Shown: positions 50,169-64,000, numbered from the stretch's first letter. The stretch is DNA of 64,000 nt from Octopus vulgaris (GCA_951406725.2 OX597818.1:56792001-56856000), one strand, 5' to 3'. Notes: a model not told the origin generated them from the sequence alone. Numbers and translations: made by a program.

Positions 50169-50682
50169 TTAGTTACTGGATTTGTTAGAATCCAGGCATA
50201 TCAACTTGAAGGATGCTGCAAATGGCTAGGTACTTGGTATTGAGTTTACAGGACATTAAAGCAACTCTTAGTTATCGTTTGATGGTAGTAAGTATGTATA
50301 TATCTATGAAAGCATCAACAAAATGCTGTTGAAACAGCTGGTGAGAACTTTGCCTAGCAAATTATTTTATTTGCTAATTAGAATTCGAAACCTAAGTATG
50401 GCTGTACATACATATATATACAACAGGTTTCTTTCAGTTTCCGTCTACCAAATCGACTCACAAGGCTTTGGTCAGCTTGAGATTATAGTAGAAGACACTT
50501 GCCCAAGGTGCCACACAGTGGGACTGAACCCAGAACCATGTGGTTGGTAAGCAAGCTTCTTACCACACTGCCATTCCTGTGCCTGAATGGATTTTAAAAG
50601 TTTAATTGTTTAGTCAGTAGAGGAAGGGCAATGTTTATAAAATTTGATGGACCTTTGAGACAAGTGGCAGAAATAGAGAAAA

Positions 50683-51157
50683 GACACCTAAGTTGTCCTA
50701 AGACACCTAAGTTGTCCTAAGACACCTAAGTTGTCCTAAGACGCCTAAGTTGTCCTAAGACACCTAAGTTGTCCTAAGATGCCTAAGCTGTCCTAAGATA
50801 CCTAAGTTGTCCTAAGACGCCTAAGTTGTCCTAAGATGCCTAAGTTGTCCTAAGATGCCTAAGTTCTCCTAAGACATCTAAGTTGTCCTAAGACGCCTAA
50901 GTTGTCCTAAGACGCCTAAGTTGTCCTAAGACGCCTAAGTTGTCCTAAGACCCCTAAGTTGTCCTAAGACACCTAAGTTGTCCTAAGATGCCTAAGTTGT
51001 CCTAAGATGCCTAAGTTGTCCTAAGATGCCTAAGTTGTCCTAAGATACCTAAGTTGTCCTAAGACACCTAAGTTGTCCTAAGACGCCTAAGTTGTCCTAA
51101 GACGCCTAAGTTGTCCTAAGATGCCTAAGTTGTCCTAAGACGCCTAAGTTGTCCTCA
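50683..51157. repeat. 19-bp minisatellite, about 25 units
   Basis: GAYRCCTAAGTTGTCCTAA repeated without spacers. Confidence 0.97.
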
Positions 51158-51422
51158 GATCAAAGATCTGATCTGAATACTTACAACAGTGGATTACACT
51201 AAAGCTATTTAGGGTCCAGGCAACAGATTAACCTTTTTGTTACCATATTTCTGTTGTAACACATTGCTTCTGATTTGATTAATTTCGAAAATAATGAAGA
51301 ATTCAGTAAAACCACTTTGTCATTTAGCTACTGTTTTGAACATAAATGAACATGAAATGTCCATGGAAGGTTTCATTTGAGATCACTTTAACCCTTTTGT
51401 TATCATATTTCTATTGAAGTAT

Positions 51423-51935
51423 TGTGACTTCCTTCAGTCATGAATGACCATGGAATTGCACCTAGATAGTTACCCTCCGAGGCACAACTCCGGACAAGGT
51501 TGTTTATGGAAAACCAGCAGTCGCCCATGCATACCAGCCTCCCCTCTCCACGCCACCGATATTATCCAAGGGAAAGGCAAAGGGGCCGATACAGCTTGGC
51601 ACCAGTGACGTCTCAGCTCATTTATTAACGTGCAAGTGGCTGAGCACCCCACAGACACGTGTACCCTTAACGTAGTTCTCGAGGAGATTCAGCATGACAC
51701 AGAGTGTGACAACGCCGGCCCTTTGAAATACAGGTACAACAGAAACAGGAAGAAAGAGTGAGAGAAAGTTGTGGTGAAAGAATACAGCAGGGTTCACCAC
51801 CACCCCTGCCGGAGCTTTGTGGAGCTTCAGGTGTTTTCGCTCAATAAACACTCACAATGCCCGGTCTGGGAATTGAAACCGCGATCCTACGACCGCGAGT
51901 CCGCTGCCCTAACCACTGGGCCATTGCGCCTCCAC
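51423..51935 (-). mobile_element. chimeric SINE (B head, partial tail 2, RTE-related tail) with 11-bp TSD
   Basis: TATTGAAGTAT at 51412-51422 and 51936-51946 brackets the whole unit. Confidence 0.75.
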
Positions 51936-54408
51936 TATTGAAGTATACTGTCTTTGTTTAAAATGATTTTGGAAAGTAAAATCACTTTGTCATTTAGATG
52001 GTGTTTTGTTTGTTGGAAGGTTTTAATTTAGAATAAGAAATTTGTACCATAGCACCCACGAGCAGAACTAGGTGGATTGGTATCAAAAGGGCTAAATCTA
52101 CTACCTAATATGGAGGAATTTCTGTGGAGTCCAATTGTGAGGCTTCTCTTTGCTTAAGTTTTTTTTGCTTGTCAAGCTTGAATCAATCTGAAGCCATGGT
52201 AGGGACTATAGCTTCTGCGGCAAGCTGGCAGAAACGTTAGCACACCGGGCGAAGTGCTTAACGGTATTTTGCCTGGCTTTACGTTCTGAGTTCAAATTCC
52301 GCCGAGGTCGACTTTGCCTTTCATCCTTTCGCTGCGATAAGAGTTAATTTTTCAGTTATGTGCTTGGTTAGCTAAAAATATTAATTTCATTTCCAGTTTT
52401 AAGCAAAACTGTTTTAGCAAAATGAAGCCACTCTTATATTATGTAGTCCAGATGTGTTCTTTACAAAAACCTAAGTATAAACATTTAAAAATAGCCCATA
52501 AGTGCTTGAGATTTCTAAATTTTAGTGACTTCAACTCAAAGTCCAACATCTCCACTCTTAACAAGACTGCTTCTGTTCCTTTGTGTTAGAATATTCTGGA
52601 ATTATTTAAATAATTATTGTTATCATTAGATTAATTTAAATTTTATCTATTTTAGCAATCTAAAACAGCTTTTCTCAATTTATAAAATATTTGTTTTTCC
52701 CAAATATATTTTTTTTTAACTGTTTAATGTTCATTTTTCTATGTTTCTATGTTTATTCTGTTGAAGCAGTGTTTATTCAACAGACTCCTCTTCCATACTG
52801 TTAACCACTCAACTGTGAAGTAGATATGCTAATGAGGGGACCTGCACATGGTTGCTCAAAATACTAGAAATATCAGCTAAATATCCCTCACATCACCACG
52901 CAAAAGCACCAACCGATTGTGGCTGTTGCCAGCCTTCCCTGGCCCCTGTGCCGGTGGCACGTAAAAAACACCCACTACATTCACGGAGTGGTTGGCGTTA
53001 GAAACATTGCCAGATCAGACTGGAGCCTGGTGCAGCCTCCTGGCTTCCCAGACCCCAGTCGAACCGTCCAACCCATTCTAGCATGGAAAGCGGACGTTAA
53101 ATGATGATGATGTAGTCATTATTTTTTATCTTTTTACTTGTCTCATTCATTAGACTGCAGCCATGCTGGGGCACCTTCTTGAAGAAGTTTTGGTTGAATG
53201 AATCGATCCCAGTACTTATTTCGTTTTTAAGTCTGGTGCTTATTCTGTTGGTGTCTTTTGCCAAACTTCTAGGTCACTGGGGCGTAAACACACCATCACC
53301 CATTGTCGAGCTGTGGTGATGGTAGTGGGGGTGGGGGTGGGAGACAAACGCAGACACAGTCTCACACACACACACACACACACACACATGCACACACGAT
53401 GGGCTTCTTTCAGTTTTCATTTACTAAATCCACTCATAAATGCTCTCGTTGGCCCAAGGCGACAGTAGAAGACATTTGCCCAAGGTGCCATGCAGTGGGT
53501 CTGAACCTGGAACCTTGTGGTTGGGAAGCAAGCTTCTTACCACACAGCCATGCCCGTACCTTATAAAAAAACCATCAGCAACAACAACAAGACTTTCATC
53601 AATTTATTGAGAAACTTTGCACCATTTCAAATCAGTAATTCATACTGATCGATCGATGAGATCAATACTACACAACACCTGATCTATAACCCAATCTTTA
53701 CTGGTTTATAGATCTGGTTTCCTTTTTAACATTGCTTGCTATAGATTGATTTAAACAATTCTTTCCCCAAAACACGCTAAATTCCCCAAATCTTCATTTT
53801 TTCCCCCTTTCTTTCCATCACCCCCTCAACTCGCAGACATTAACAGTTCCTTGATACAAGAATCTCACCAGACTAAATCTAACTCTCTGCAGCTAATATT
53901 CTATTGATTCTCATTGGTCGATTGGCTTGCTTCCTTATCTACTTCACATCATCATCTGGTCTCGCTCACATTTCAACCAGTGTCGTTGTCGAATTAGTCT
54001 TCTTTCTCTATTACAGACAGTGATCTCCCACCTCTGCTCTACTTTAATACTCCCCCTCTCTCTGTCTATACATCTATCTCTTGCTCTCTATTCTCTCTCT
54101 CTTACTTCTCTTTCTCTGTCCTTGATTCTCTGTACCTATTCTCTCACTTTATCCACCTTTTTTACATTGAGGGTATGTCCTGACACCTCATCTCCACCTT
54201 CTCTTTCCTTTCTCTCTTTCCTTCTGTCCCTCTTTCTGTCTCTTTCTCTGTTTATCTCTTTCTCTCTTTATCTGTCTGTCTGTCTGTCTGTCTATCCATC
54301 AATCAAGCTATCTATCTACCTCTCTCTCTTTCTCACTCTCTCTGTCTATCTGTCTACCTCTACCTCTCTCTCGATCTACCTCTCTCTCGATCTACCTCTC
54401 TCTATCTA

Positions 54409-54442
<34 letters not shown>

Positions 54443-54511
54443 ATCTATCTAATCTATCTACCTCTCTCTATCTATCTACCTCTCTATCTATCTGTTTATC
54501 CTCTCTCTGTA

Positions 54512-54543
<32 letters not shown>

Positions 54544-54547
54544 CCTC

Positions 54548-54608
<61 letters not shown>

Positions 54609-56289
54609 GCCCCTCTCTATCTATTTATCCTCCCTCTGTATCTCTCTCTCTCTCTCTATCTATCTACCTCTCTATCTATCTATCTATTCACCTCTCTCTC
54701 TCTCTTAATCTACTTCCCCTCCCCCTCTCACTCTCTCATTCACTTTCTCCTTTCACCAATCTTCCATACTGATCTAAAGCCATTTTATCTTCCAGAATTA
54801 CCATTTACCATTCTGCAATGCAACAGATTCATCTGCATTTTTTTTTCTTTTTGCTTATCTTGCACATATCTGCATTTACTCTCCGACCCTCTCTACCGTT
54901 TCATTACATTTTCCAAACCGTTTTACGATGCAGATGACTTGTTCCAGGGCAGACAGAAAGGCCCCTTTGTTGGTCTGGCCGAGCCTCCTCCCCTTGTACG
55001 ATAGTCTCCTATACAGCATACAGGTAGTTTATTTTAGATATGTGGGTAGCTTGGATAAATAAATGAATTAAAAAAAAAAAAAAAAATGGAGTTAGATATA
55101 ATCTGGTTTTAATCATCCGTTTTTATTCCTCTTGTCTCATCATCATCATCATCAGCATCATCATCGCTGTTGTGATCATCACCACCATGGTCGTCATCAG
55201 CAAGATGATGATTATATTGATCATCATCATCACCCACGTTCACTATAATCATCATCATCACCACCACCATTGCCGCTGCCACCATCGCCACCATCATCTT
55301 GCTGCCGCGACCACCACTACCACCCCCACGTCCACTGCCACCACCACTACCACCCCCACGTCCACTGCCACCACCACTACCACCCCCACGTCCACTGCCA
55401 CCACCACTACCACCCCCACGTCCACTGCCACCACCACTACCACCCCCACGTCCACTGCCACCACCACCACCACCCCCACTGCCACCACCACTACCACCCC
55501 CACGTCCACTGCCACCAACACTGCTGCCACCACCACCACCACCACCACCACTACCACCCCCACGTCCACTGCCACCAACACTGCTGCCACCACCACCACC
55601 ACCACCACCACTACCACCACCACCACCACCACTGCCACCATTAACACCACCCCCACAATTACCACCACCACTACCACCACCACTGCCACCATTACCACCA
55701 CCACCACAATTATCTCCACCACCGCCACTGCAACCACCACCACCACCACCACCACAATTATCACCACCATCGCCACCATTCCCCCTCGCTTCCCCAACAT
55801 TATTGTTGCTGTCACCACTGCTACCACCACCACCACCACCACCACCACCACCACCACCACTATTACCACCACCATCGCCACCATTTCCCCTTCGCTTCCC
55901 CATCATTATCATCACTGTCACCACTGCTGCTACTTCCACCCCCACTGCTGGCACCACTGTTCCTGTCACTGCCACCACCACCACCACCACCACCACTATG
56001 AATTCAACACTTGATATTTTTTTTCTTTAATCAGCCATGCATTTTATTAATCTGCAATATATTTTGTCATGCCTGTTGACTGAGCATGTGAGAATTCTTG
56101 CGTTACAAGCAACAGACTCTCTGTAGGAACCTTGCTCCACAACTCTTCTTTGGTCTACCTCTGCCATGTCTGTCCCTTACCATTCCATCTCTCTCTCTCT
56201 CTTTCTCTAATAATGCCCTCGACATTATTAGACTGTTTTCCTTAGTCGTTGCTTGGTGATTGCTGTAAGCTTTAAGTTTATATAAATAC

Positions 56290-56935
56290 CAAGAATGATC
56301 CGCTGGATGTGTAATGTCAGTGTGCACACATGACAGAGTGTAAGCACCCTGAGAGAAATGCTGGACATAAGAAGCATCGGATGTGGCGTGCAAGAGAGAC
56401 GTTTGCGCTGGTATGGTCATGTACTACAGATGGATGAGGAGAGATGTGTGAAGAAGTGCCACTTCCAAACAGTTGAAGGAATCTGGGGTAGAGGTAGAAC
56501 CAGGAAGACATGGAATGAGGTGGTCAAGCATGACCTTCGAACGTTGGGCCTCACAGAGGCAATGACAAAAGACACAGACCTTTGGAGATATGCTGTGACT
56601 GCGAAGACCCAACAAATAACGTGAGTTCATGGCTGTATCCTGCACCAGCTTCACATAACCAGCCCCAGCCCATTCAAAGTACCTTGGATCGCAGGACGGC
56701 CTGCAGTGCTTACCTTGGATCGTAGGGCGACCTGCTGTGCTTGAGGAGACCTATTGAGTCAAGTACATCAACATTAAAATAAAAGTCAAATGGAAATTGT
56801 AGTTGTGATACCTGTTCCGGTGGCGCATAAGAAGCACCGTCCGAATGTGGCCATTGCCAGCCTCCTCTGGCCCTTGTGCCGGTGGCATGTAAAAAACACT
56901 CACTACACTCGCGGAGTGGTTGGCATTAGGAAGAG
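56290..56935 (+). mobile_element. RTE-clade LINE 3' ORF fragment plus 3' UTR
   Basis: MIRWMCNVS...ERRLRWYGHVLQMDEERCVKKC...GRGRTRKTWNEVVKHDL is a typical RTE C-terminus. Its UTR matches many (GAT)n-tailed fragments (e.g. 22430, 29785, 34530, 46870, 52900). Confidence 0.9.
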
Positions 56936-57410
56936 GCCGATAGAATAAATACTAGGCTTACAAAGAATAAGTCCTGGGGTTGATTTGCTCGACTGAAGGC
57001 AGTGCTCCAGCATGGCTGAAGTCAAATGACTGAAAAGAAACAAAAAAAAAACAATGAATCTCCATGTAATGATGTATGTATATCAAGGAATATTCTTGAT
57101 GACAATGACACTGGAAATGTTGAACTAAATTGTCGGAGAACCTCATTGGGTGCTCCGTATGACCACACCATTGAGAGGATGAAAATAGCCTGAATTAAAG
57201 ACTATAAAGTGTACATTACTGGACGGATAAGTAATTAGTGACTTATTACGGATGTTTGATCAACGACTCGTTTGGCTGACTTACTTTGCTGTTATAATTA
57301 CTTGTAAATGGTTGGGTCAAAGGCCAAGTATAAGGTGGAATGTATTGAAGAGCATGAGAGAAAGAGAAGGAGAGAAAGAGAGGGAGAGAAAGAGAGAGAC
57401 ACAGAGAGAA

Positions 57411-57496
<86 letters not shown>

Positions 57497-60131
57497 TGTT
57501 TGTACATTCTAGGACACAGAATTCCATATGTAATAATTATTTACTCTTTGTAATGTTGTTAGTAAAACACCAGATCTAAAGCATTATTATTATTATTATT
57601 ATTATTATTACATGAATGTAATTTGCTACTTAGCACCCCAAATCACAAACTGCTACACTGCCTGACCTAACTGTTACGTACACTGACCATTATTACAGAG
57701 ACCTTCACCCCTTATCTACCCACCTCTTCATGCCAGATGTGTTCTATGTATAAAACAAAAAAAAAAAAAAAACAACAGAAAATATATATTCAGGCAAAAA
57801 AGTAACAAAAGAGAAACTAAATTTTTTTTTTTCTTTTAATTAGTTTCTGTTGATTTCTCGAGCAATTGTCTTTTACAGTTAGGTTCTCTTTTATGCACCG
57901 AACTATGAACGAACTCACAACCTGTTGTCCTGGAAAGTATAGAAGTATGTCTATCCGTAATTATTGTCGGAGATGTACTTGCTTGTCTAACGAGTGATAT
58001 GATCTGAGACTGTATCGCAATTAAAACAATTGTGGCACGGAAGATTTGTATTAGCCTTGCAAAAACACACAAAGTAATTAACTTCGTTTAACTCTCTGAC
58101 ATTCGGATTTCTTTGTTAAATGTGTTTATTTATTTATTTATTTATTCACATTGTTCACGAGATAATCTGTGATGATCTTGTAGCGTCAAGATTTCAATGG
58201 TGCGATTGTTTATTTTTAGACTGATATTGTAGGGTAGGGGTGAGAGGATGGATCTGGTCAGTTTTAACATAGCCCCCCCCCCCCGGAGAATATTTTGGCC
58301 AGACATGATTGGATTAAATGCTTGAGGGTTAAACATTTAGTATTCGGGGTCAAAAGTTCTATCATATCAACTGTGACCTGGTCACTGATACATTTCTTAT
58401 TTCTTTATTGCCCACAAGGGGCTAAACATAGAGGGGGACAAACAAGGAGATTAAGTCGATTACATTGACCCCACTGTGTAACTGGTACTTAATTTATCGA
58501 CCCCGGAAGGATGAAAGGCAAAGTTGACCTCGGTGGAATTTGAACTTAGAACGTAGCGGCAGACGAAATACCCATTTCTTTACTACCCACAAGGGGCTAA
58601 ACACAGAGGGGACAAACAAGGACAGACAAACGGATTAAGTCAATTATATCGACCCCAGTGCGTAACTGGTACTTAATTTATCAACCCCGGAAGGATGAAA
58701 GGCAAAGTCAACCTCGGCAGAATTTGAACTCAGAACGTAACGACAGGCGAAATATCGCTAAAGATTTTGCCCGGCGTGCTAACGTTTCTGCCAGCTCGTC
58801 GCCTTTACTGATACAGTTCTACTGCAATTCAGTGTTACATATGGTCGCTGAAGTGGAACCGTGACATGCTTGCACTTGGGTATGTTTATCTCCACAAATC
58901 TTCACATTGGCAAAACTTAAGTAGCAGTGACCTTTGTTCATGTTCCATATAGACATTATATCTTGACATCCTGTAACAACAGTTTGGTGTGTAAAAATCT
59001 GTCGATTACCTTATTTGAAAAACAAATAAGGGATCATATCAGGATGGAAATTTTGTTTTCGTAATTTCTGAATTAAAATCTTCCAGCAATTAAAATCTTA
59101 GTCATAATTTATGTTCCTAACACTAGCTTAATGATAACTAAGTTCTTTTACTAAATTCTTTGTTACATTTAAAGTAATTGAAAGAAACACAGAGCATCTC
59201 AAAAGAAATACGGTAACGAAGGGGTTAAAGAGATTTAAATTAAAACCTTTCGCATTAATTTTTGTTCCAAAATCCAGTTTAGTAATGACAGTTATTTTAC
59301 TAAATTCTTCATGGCTGTGTGGTTTAGGAGCTCACTTTGCAACCATATGGTTTTGGGTTCAGTCCCACAACACAGCACCTTGGGCAAGTGTTATCTTCTA
59401 TAGCACTGGGCTGACCAGAAACTGTGTGGAGACCTGTTGTGTGTGCATGTGTGTGTGTGTGTGTGTGTGTGTGCGTTTGTCACTCACTACTGCTTGCTGA
59501 CTTATGTTGGTTTGTTTACGTCCTTGCAACTTAACAGTTTAGTAAAAGGGGGTGATAGAATGAAAATCAGACTTGAAACTATGTACTGGGGTCAATCTGT
59601 TTGACTAAACTTTTCAAAGCAGTACTCCAGCATGGCCACAGTCCACTGATTAGAACAAGTAAAAGATAAAAGATTATTTTCGAACAAAGTGGCGTATTTC
59701 AACAGAACACATCTTTCCTCTCCGTTCTTTCTCTCTGTTTCTCTCTTCAACTTCTTCACGTTTCTCTTTGTAGAATTTATCCCCCCCCCCTCTCATCTTG
59801 TTACAATATCTGCTCAAATATTCTAGTCTTCAGGATCAGTTAGATTAAACATAACTCTGCAGATCTATGATCAAAGGCATTCCGGCGTTTACCATCCTGT
59901 CTTTTATAATCTGGATTATATCATCCAGTGTGTCCTTGAGCAGATTAATGATTTCAGAGAGATTTGGTCACTGATTCAAAAGAGCAAGTGACCACAGAGA
60001 ATATTCCCCACACAGAATTGTCCATGCTGCAATCTTACCAACTTGGGAGAATTTCCATTGGTCATGGGCTGTATTCTTCCTTTTCTCTTTCCATACTGGA
60101 AAATGGAAAAGTAATCCTTTAGCATTCAGAC

Positions 60132-60450
60132 TGATGCTACACAAGGATGCTACGAATGGCCGTAAATGTGAAATGCCAGCAACGTATGACCAAAATGAAA
60201 GCCTTTATGGAGATCTGCCAAAAGTTAGTGAGAAGATCAGGCAAAGATAGCTGTGACTATCTGGTCGCTATGTGCACCACCCTGAGCTGGAAGCATCCAA
60301 ATTAGTTTTGTAGTGATACAAGAAGAGGAAAACAACATCATCACACATACATCAACAGCTTGATTGCAGACACTGGCCTGGAATGTATCCAGGACTCCTC
60401 AAGGCAGCCATGATGGTCCGAGAAGTGTGACAGGTGGACTTTGTTGCTGG
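60132..60450 (+). mobile_element. RTE-superfamily LINE C-terminal fragment (different family)
   Basis: CYTRMLRMAVNVK..Q.MT/NESLYGDLPKVSEKIRQR*L*LSG...HHPELEASKLVL*. Confidence 0.75.
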
Positions 60451-60496
60451 GTTGGAACATGGCCATAGTAATAATAAAAATAATAATAATAATAAT

Positions 60497-60787
60497 ATTT
60501 GTTCCTTCTCAAACCATGCCTGGCTCATAAGGGCCGGTTTCCTGGTTTCCTTGGCATATAGGTTCCCCACCTGGATGGGATACCGGTCCTTTGCAGGTGA
60601 GCTGCAAGGTGCAGGAGGAAAGATTGAGAGAAATTGTGGCAAAAGAGTCAGCAGAAGTTTGCCATTACCTTCTGCCGGAGCCGCGTGGAGCTTAGGTGTT
60701 TCGCTCATAAACACACACATCGCCCGGTTTGAGATTCGAACCTGCAATCCCTTGACCGCGAGTCCGCTGCTCTAACCACTAGGCCAA
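60497..60787 (-). mobile_element. SINE group B-like head with tail type 5
   Basis: Head TGGCCTAGTGGTTAGAGCAGCGGACTCGCGG...CACCTAAGCTCCACG; tail matches 24810-24900. Confidence 0.8.
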
Positions 60788-60966
60788 TATTTTGACTGGA
60801 GTTGGCCGGTTTAAATGCTAAAGGGTTATGCAGTAAAAATGAAAAGACTTTTGGATTCTGTATTATTAGGACTTGATAGAAATATTGTCCACAACCAATC
60901 TAAATTGATTCCCCAAAGTTAAATAAAATGGCCATTTATTTCTTGGGTAACACGTATAGTTTAAGC

Positions 60967-61250
60967 CAGGGCTGAGGAGTCGAACCAAAAACCTTTGACT
61001 CTGACCCTGACTCTTCTTTATGTAATTAAGTGATTGTGGTCTACATATCTCATAAGTCATATGCATACGCTTGTACTCTGAGTAGGCCTATAGGTTATAA
61101 CTGGTTTATATTAAACAATAAAGATATTGTGAGTCGGAGTCGGTATAGTTTTACCGACTCTGACTTTGACTCCAGCTACCTCTTAAGTGTTTCCAACTCC
61201 GACTCCAGCTATCCCTTAATTGTTTCTGACTCTGACTCCATGACTCCAAA
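60967..61250. mobile_element. probable hAT-type MITE with GGAGTC/GACTCC repeats
   Basis: Starts CAGGGCTGAGGAGTCG; multiple GACTCC/GACTCT hexamers in both orientations; right TIR degenerate. Confidence 0.5.
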
Positions 61251-61442
61251 CAATGGGGCACTCATACTGTAAGGCTCTACTGGTGTAGCGTGGCTGTGTG
61301 GTAAGAAGCTTGCTTACCAACCACATGGTTCCAGGTTCAGTTCCACTGCATGGCATCTTGGGCAAGTGTCTTCTACTATAACCTTAGGCCGACCAAAGCC
61401 TTGGTGAGTGGATTTGGTAGACAGAAACTAAAAGTAGCCCGT

Positions 61443-61495
<53 letters not shown>

Positions 61496-61790
61496 CTGTG
61501 CTTGTCCCCCCACCATCGCTTGACAACTGATGTTGGTGTGTTTACGTCCCTGTAACTTGGCAGTTTGGCAAAAGCGACTGCTAGAATAAGTACTAGGCTT
61601 ACAAAGAACAAGTCCTGGGGTTGATTTGTTTGACTAAAGGTGGTGCTCCAGCATGGCCATAGTCAAAGGTGTGGCTGTGTGGTAAGAAGCTCAACTGTGT
61701 GGCACCTTGGGAAAGTGTCTTCTACTAAAGCCTCGGGTTAACCAAAGCCTTGTGAGTGGATTTGGTAGAAGGAAACTGAAAGAAGCCCCT

Positions 61791-61831
<41 letters not shown>

Positions 61832-63586
61832 TTGTGTCTTTGTGTCTGTGTTTGTCCCCCCCCCATCATCGCTTGACAACCGATGTTGTTGTGTTTGCAT
61901 CCCTGTAACTTAGCAGTTTGGCCAAAGAGACTAATATAATAAGTACCAGGCTTACAAAGAATAAGTCCTAGGGTTGATTTGTTAGGCTAAAAGTGGTGCT
62001 CCAGTATGGGCACAGTCAAATGACTGAAACAAGTAAATGAATAAAAGAGATAAAATAAGATATACATATATATATATATTTATATATATATATATATATA
62101 CATAGAACAGGCTTCTTCCAGTTTCCATCTACCAAATTTATTCACAAAGTATTGGTCAGCCTTGTAGAAGACACTTATCCAAAGTGTCCCACATTGGGCT
62201 TGAACCTGGAATCACATGGTTTCAAAATGGGTTTCTTAACCGCACAGCCATGCCTGCGCCTATTGTTTTCATATTTGAAAGAAATTATTCAAATTTCTAT
62301 TATTTTATCATTCTTTTGTTAATTTCATTCTTTTAGTTGAATTTTTGTTGTTGTTATTTTTCCTTTTTTTTATATATATATATATTTTTTCCTTCTACTT
62401 TTTTTTCTTTTTTGCAAAATATTTAACATTTTTTTGCTTTTCATGTTCCATAGGTGGATGGATGGTTGGATGGTTGGATGGAAAGGAGGGAGGGGAGGGA
62501 GAAAAGCAAAACCAAAAAAAAAAAAAATAATAAATAAAATCAAAAATATTTTCCCCCACCCCTTGATCACACACGAACCCCCCCACATCCACCTAGTTCT
62601 TTCCACTCCTCTATTATTGTATTTTTTGGTATGTTTTCTATCTTTATTTTTGTATTTTTTTTCTTCACAATTGAATCTGCTTTTCTTCCTCTTTAGCAAT
62701 GCATAGTTTCTTTATGAAACAAGACACACCACACCCCACCGCCACACACACGAGTCCCCAACCCCCTCCACACACACATGAGTCCCCCCCTCCACATCTA
62801 AAAAAAAGAAAAATGTAAAAAAATAAAGAAGACTAAATGACACAAGCAATAAAGACAAAACAACCATTCCAACCCCCCACCCTCACCACCTCCGTATCCC
62901 TCCCCATCCGTCACCACCACCACTGCCACTCATATTCTTTGGGATTTTTCAATTATTCATATTCTTCACCACCACCACCACCACCACCACCGTCATCACC
63001 ACCACCACCACCATCATCACAGTTGCCGCCGCCATCACCACTGCCAACACTTCTGTGTAGATTTTCTATAAAATTCATTATGAAAAGCTCATTACATGCA
63101 TGGGACAGACTCGATGATGGTGATGGTGGGGAAATGGGGTGGGTGTGTGCATGCTGGAATTAGTGGTGGTGGTGATGGTGTTAGTGGAGGCGGTGCCGGT
63201 GGAGAGAGAGATTCTGTAGAGATGGAGGAAGGCTGAGCACTGAATGGCATAGAGCTATTTGTTTGGAGTTTGTAGTGGTTCTTTGTAGATGGTAGCAAGT
63301 GTGTGGGTTTGTTTGTTTGCATGTGTATGTGTGTGTGTCTGTGTCTGTGTGTGTGTGTGCAATGGTGGGGTGGGATGGGGGAGAGGCGACAGACAGATAC
63401 CAGAATGGATTATGAAAACATTATGAAATATGTTGCATCAATTTGAGTTCAAGACAGGAAAGCATTTTATAGATCAAGTAGACTGCTTGTTGATACACAC
63501 ACACACACGCACACACACACACACACACACACATGCACACACGTGGGGGTGTTGAAAAGTTCCAGGCTTGAAGGCTATTGTGAAAG

Positions 63587-64000
63587 GCGGCGAGCTGGCA
63601 GAAACGTTAGCACGCCGAGCGAAATGCATAGCCTTATTTCGTCTGCCGTTACGTTCCGAGTTCAAATCCCGCTGAGGTCGACTTTGCCTTTCATCCTTTC
63701 GGGGTCAATAAATTAAGTACCAGTTACACACTGGGGTCGATGTAATCAACTTAATTCCTTTGTCTGTCCTTGTTTGTCCCCTCTGTGTGTAGCTCCTTGT
63801 GGGTAGTAAAGAAATAGGTATTTTGTTTTTATGTTCTGAGTTCAAATTCTGCCAAGGTCGACTTTGCCTTTCATCCTTTCGGGGTCGATTAAATAAGTAC
63901 CAGTTACGCACTGGGGTCGATGTAATCAACTTAATCCGTTTGTCTGTCCTTGTTTGTCCTCTCTCTGTTTAGCCCCTTATGGGGAGTAAAGAAATAGGTA
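63587..64000 (+). mobile_element. group D SINE with tandem headless units, running off the window end
   Basis: GGCGGCGAGCTGGCAGAAACG head; AAAGAAATAG|GTA junctions at about 63817 and 63997. Confidence 0.88.

Noticed and set aside
50683-51157. CRISPR-like or telomeric array
   Set aside because: No unique spacers, eukaryotic context, no cas genes; not a pure TTAGG or TTAGGG tract.
51229-52095. piggyBac-like MITE ends (TTAACCCTTT...AAAGGG(C/T)TAA), also near 59220 and 60820, and a mariner-like TIR at 63541
   Set aside because: Plausible, but too degenerate to assign boundaries confidently by eye.
55109-56030. Long Gly-, Thr- or Pro-rich ORFs (up to 295 aa), and similar ones at 32813-33405
   Set aside because: All frames are open simply because (CAC)n-type repeats lack stops; no unique coding context or splice evidence.

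Overview
Repeat-saturated, AT-rich animal genomic DNA, intronic or intergenic. The SINE families, the RTE and R4/Dong LINE remnants and the microsatellite density look to me like an octopod cephalopod (Octopus); this is pattern recognition, not a database result. I found no convincing intact host protein-coding exon. Almost all long ORFs in the track are microsatellite or SINE translations. The window holds dozens of copies of at least four tRNA-derived SINE groups (my labels A-D) and decayed LINE fragments (RTE, CR1, R4/Dong, probable L1/Tx1). It also holds Tc1/mariner remnants, hAT-type MITEs, a clean non-autonomous Helitron, a tandem Helentron-associated (HINE-like) array and several minisatellites. 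Most notable: (1) at least three unrelated short elements, mostly next to simple repeats, carry minimal type-I hammerhead ribozyme folds like those of Penelope-like elements; one forms an 81-bp-arm palindrome and one appears to sit downstream of a tRNA-like Pol III head; (2) nests of R4/Dong-type elements in (TAA)n tracts; (3) combinatorial head/tail swapping among SINEs; (4) an indel-free, diverged 18-bp array that reads as beta-helix-type hexapeptide repeats; (5) recurrent local templated duplications and inverted RTE insertions. Coordinates were read by eye and may be off by a few bases. Only representative SINE copies are listed.
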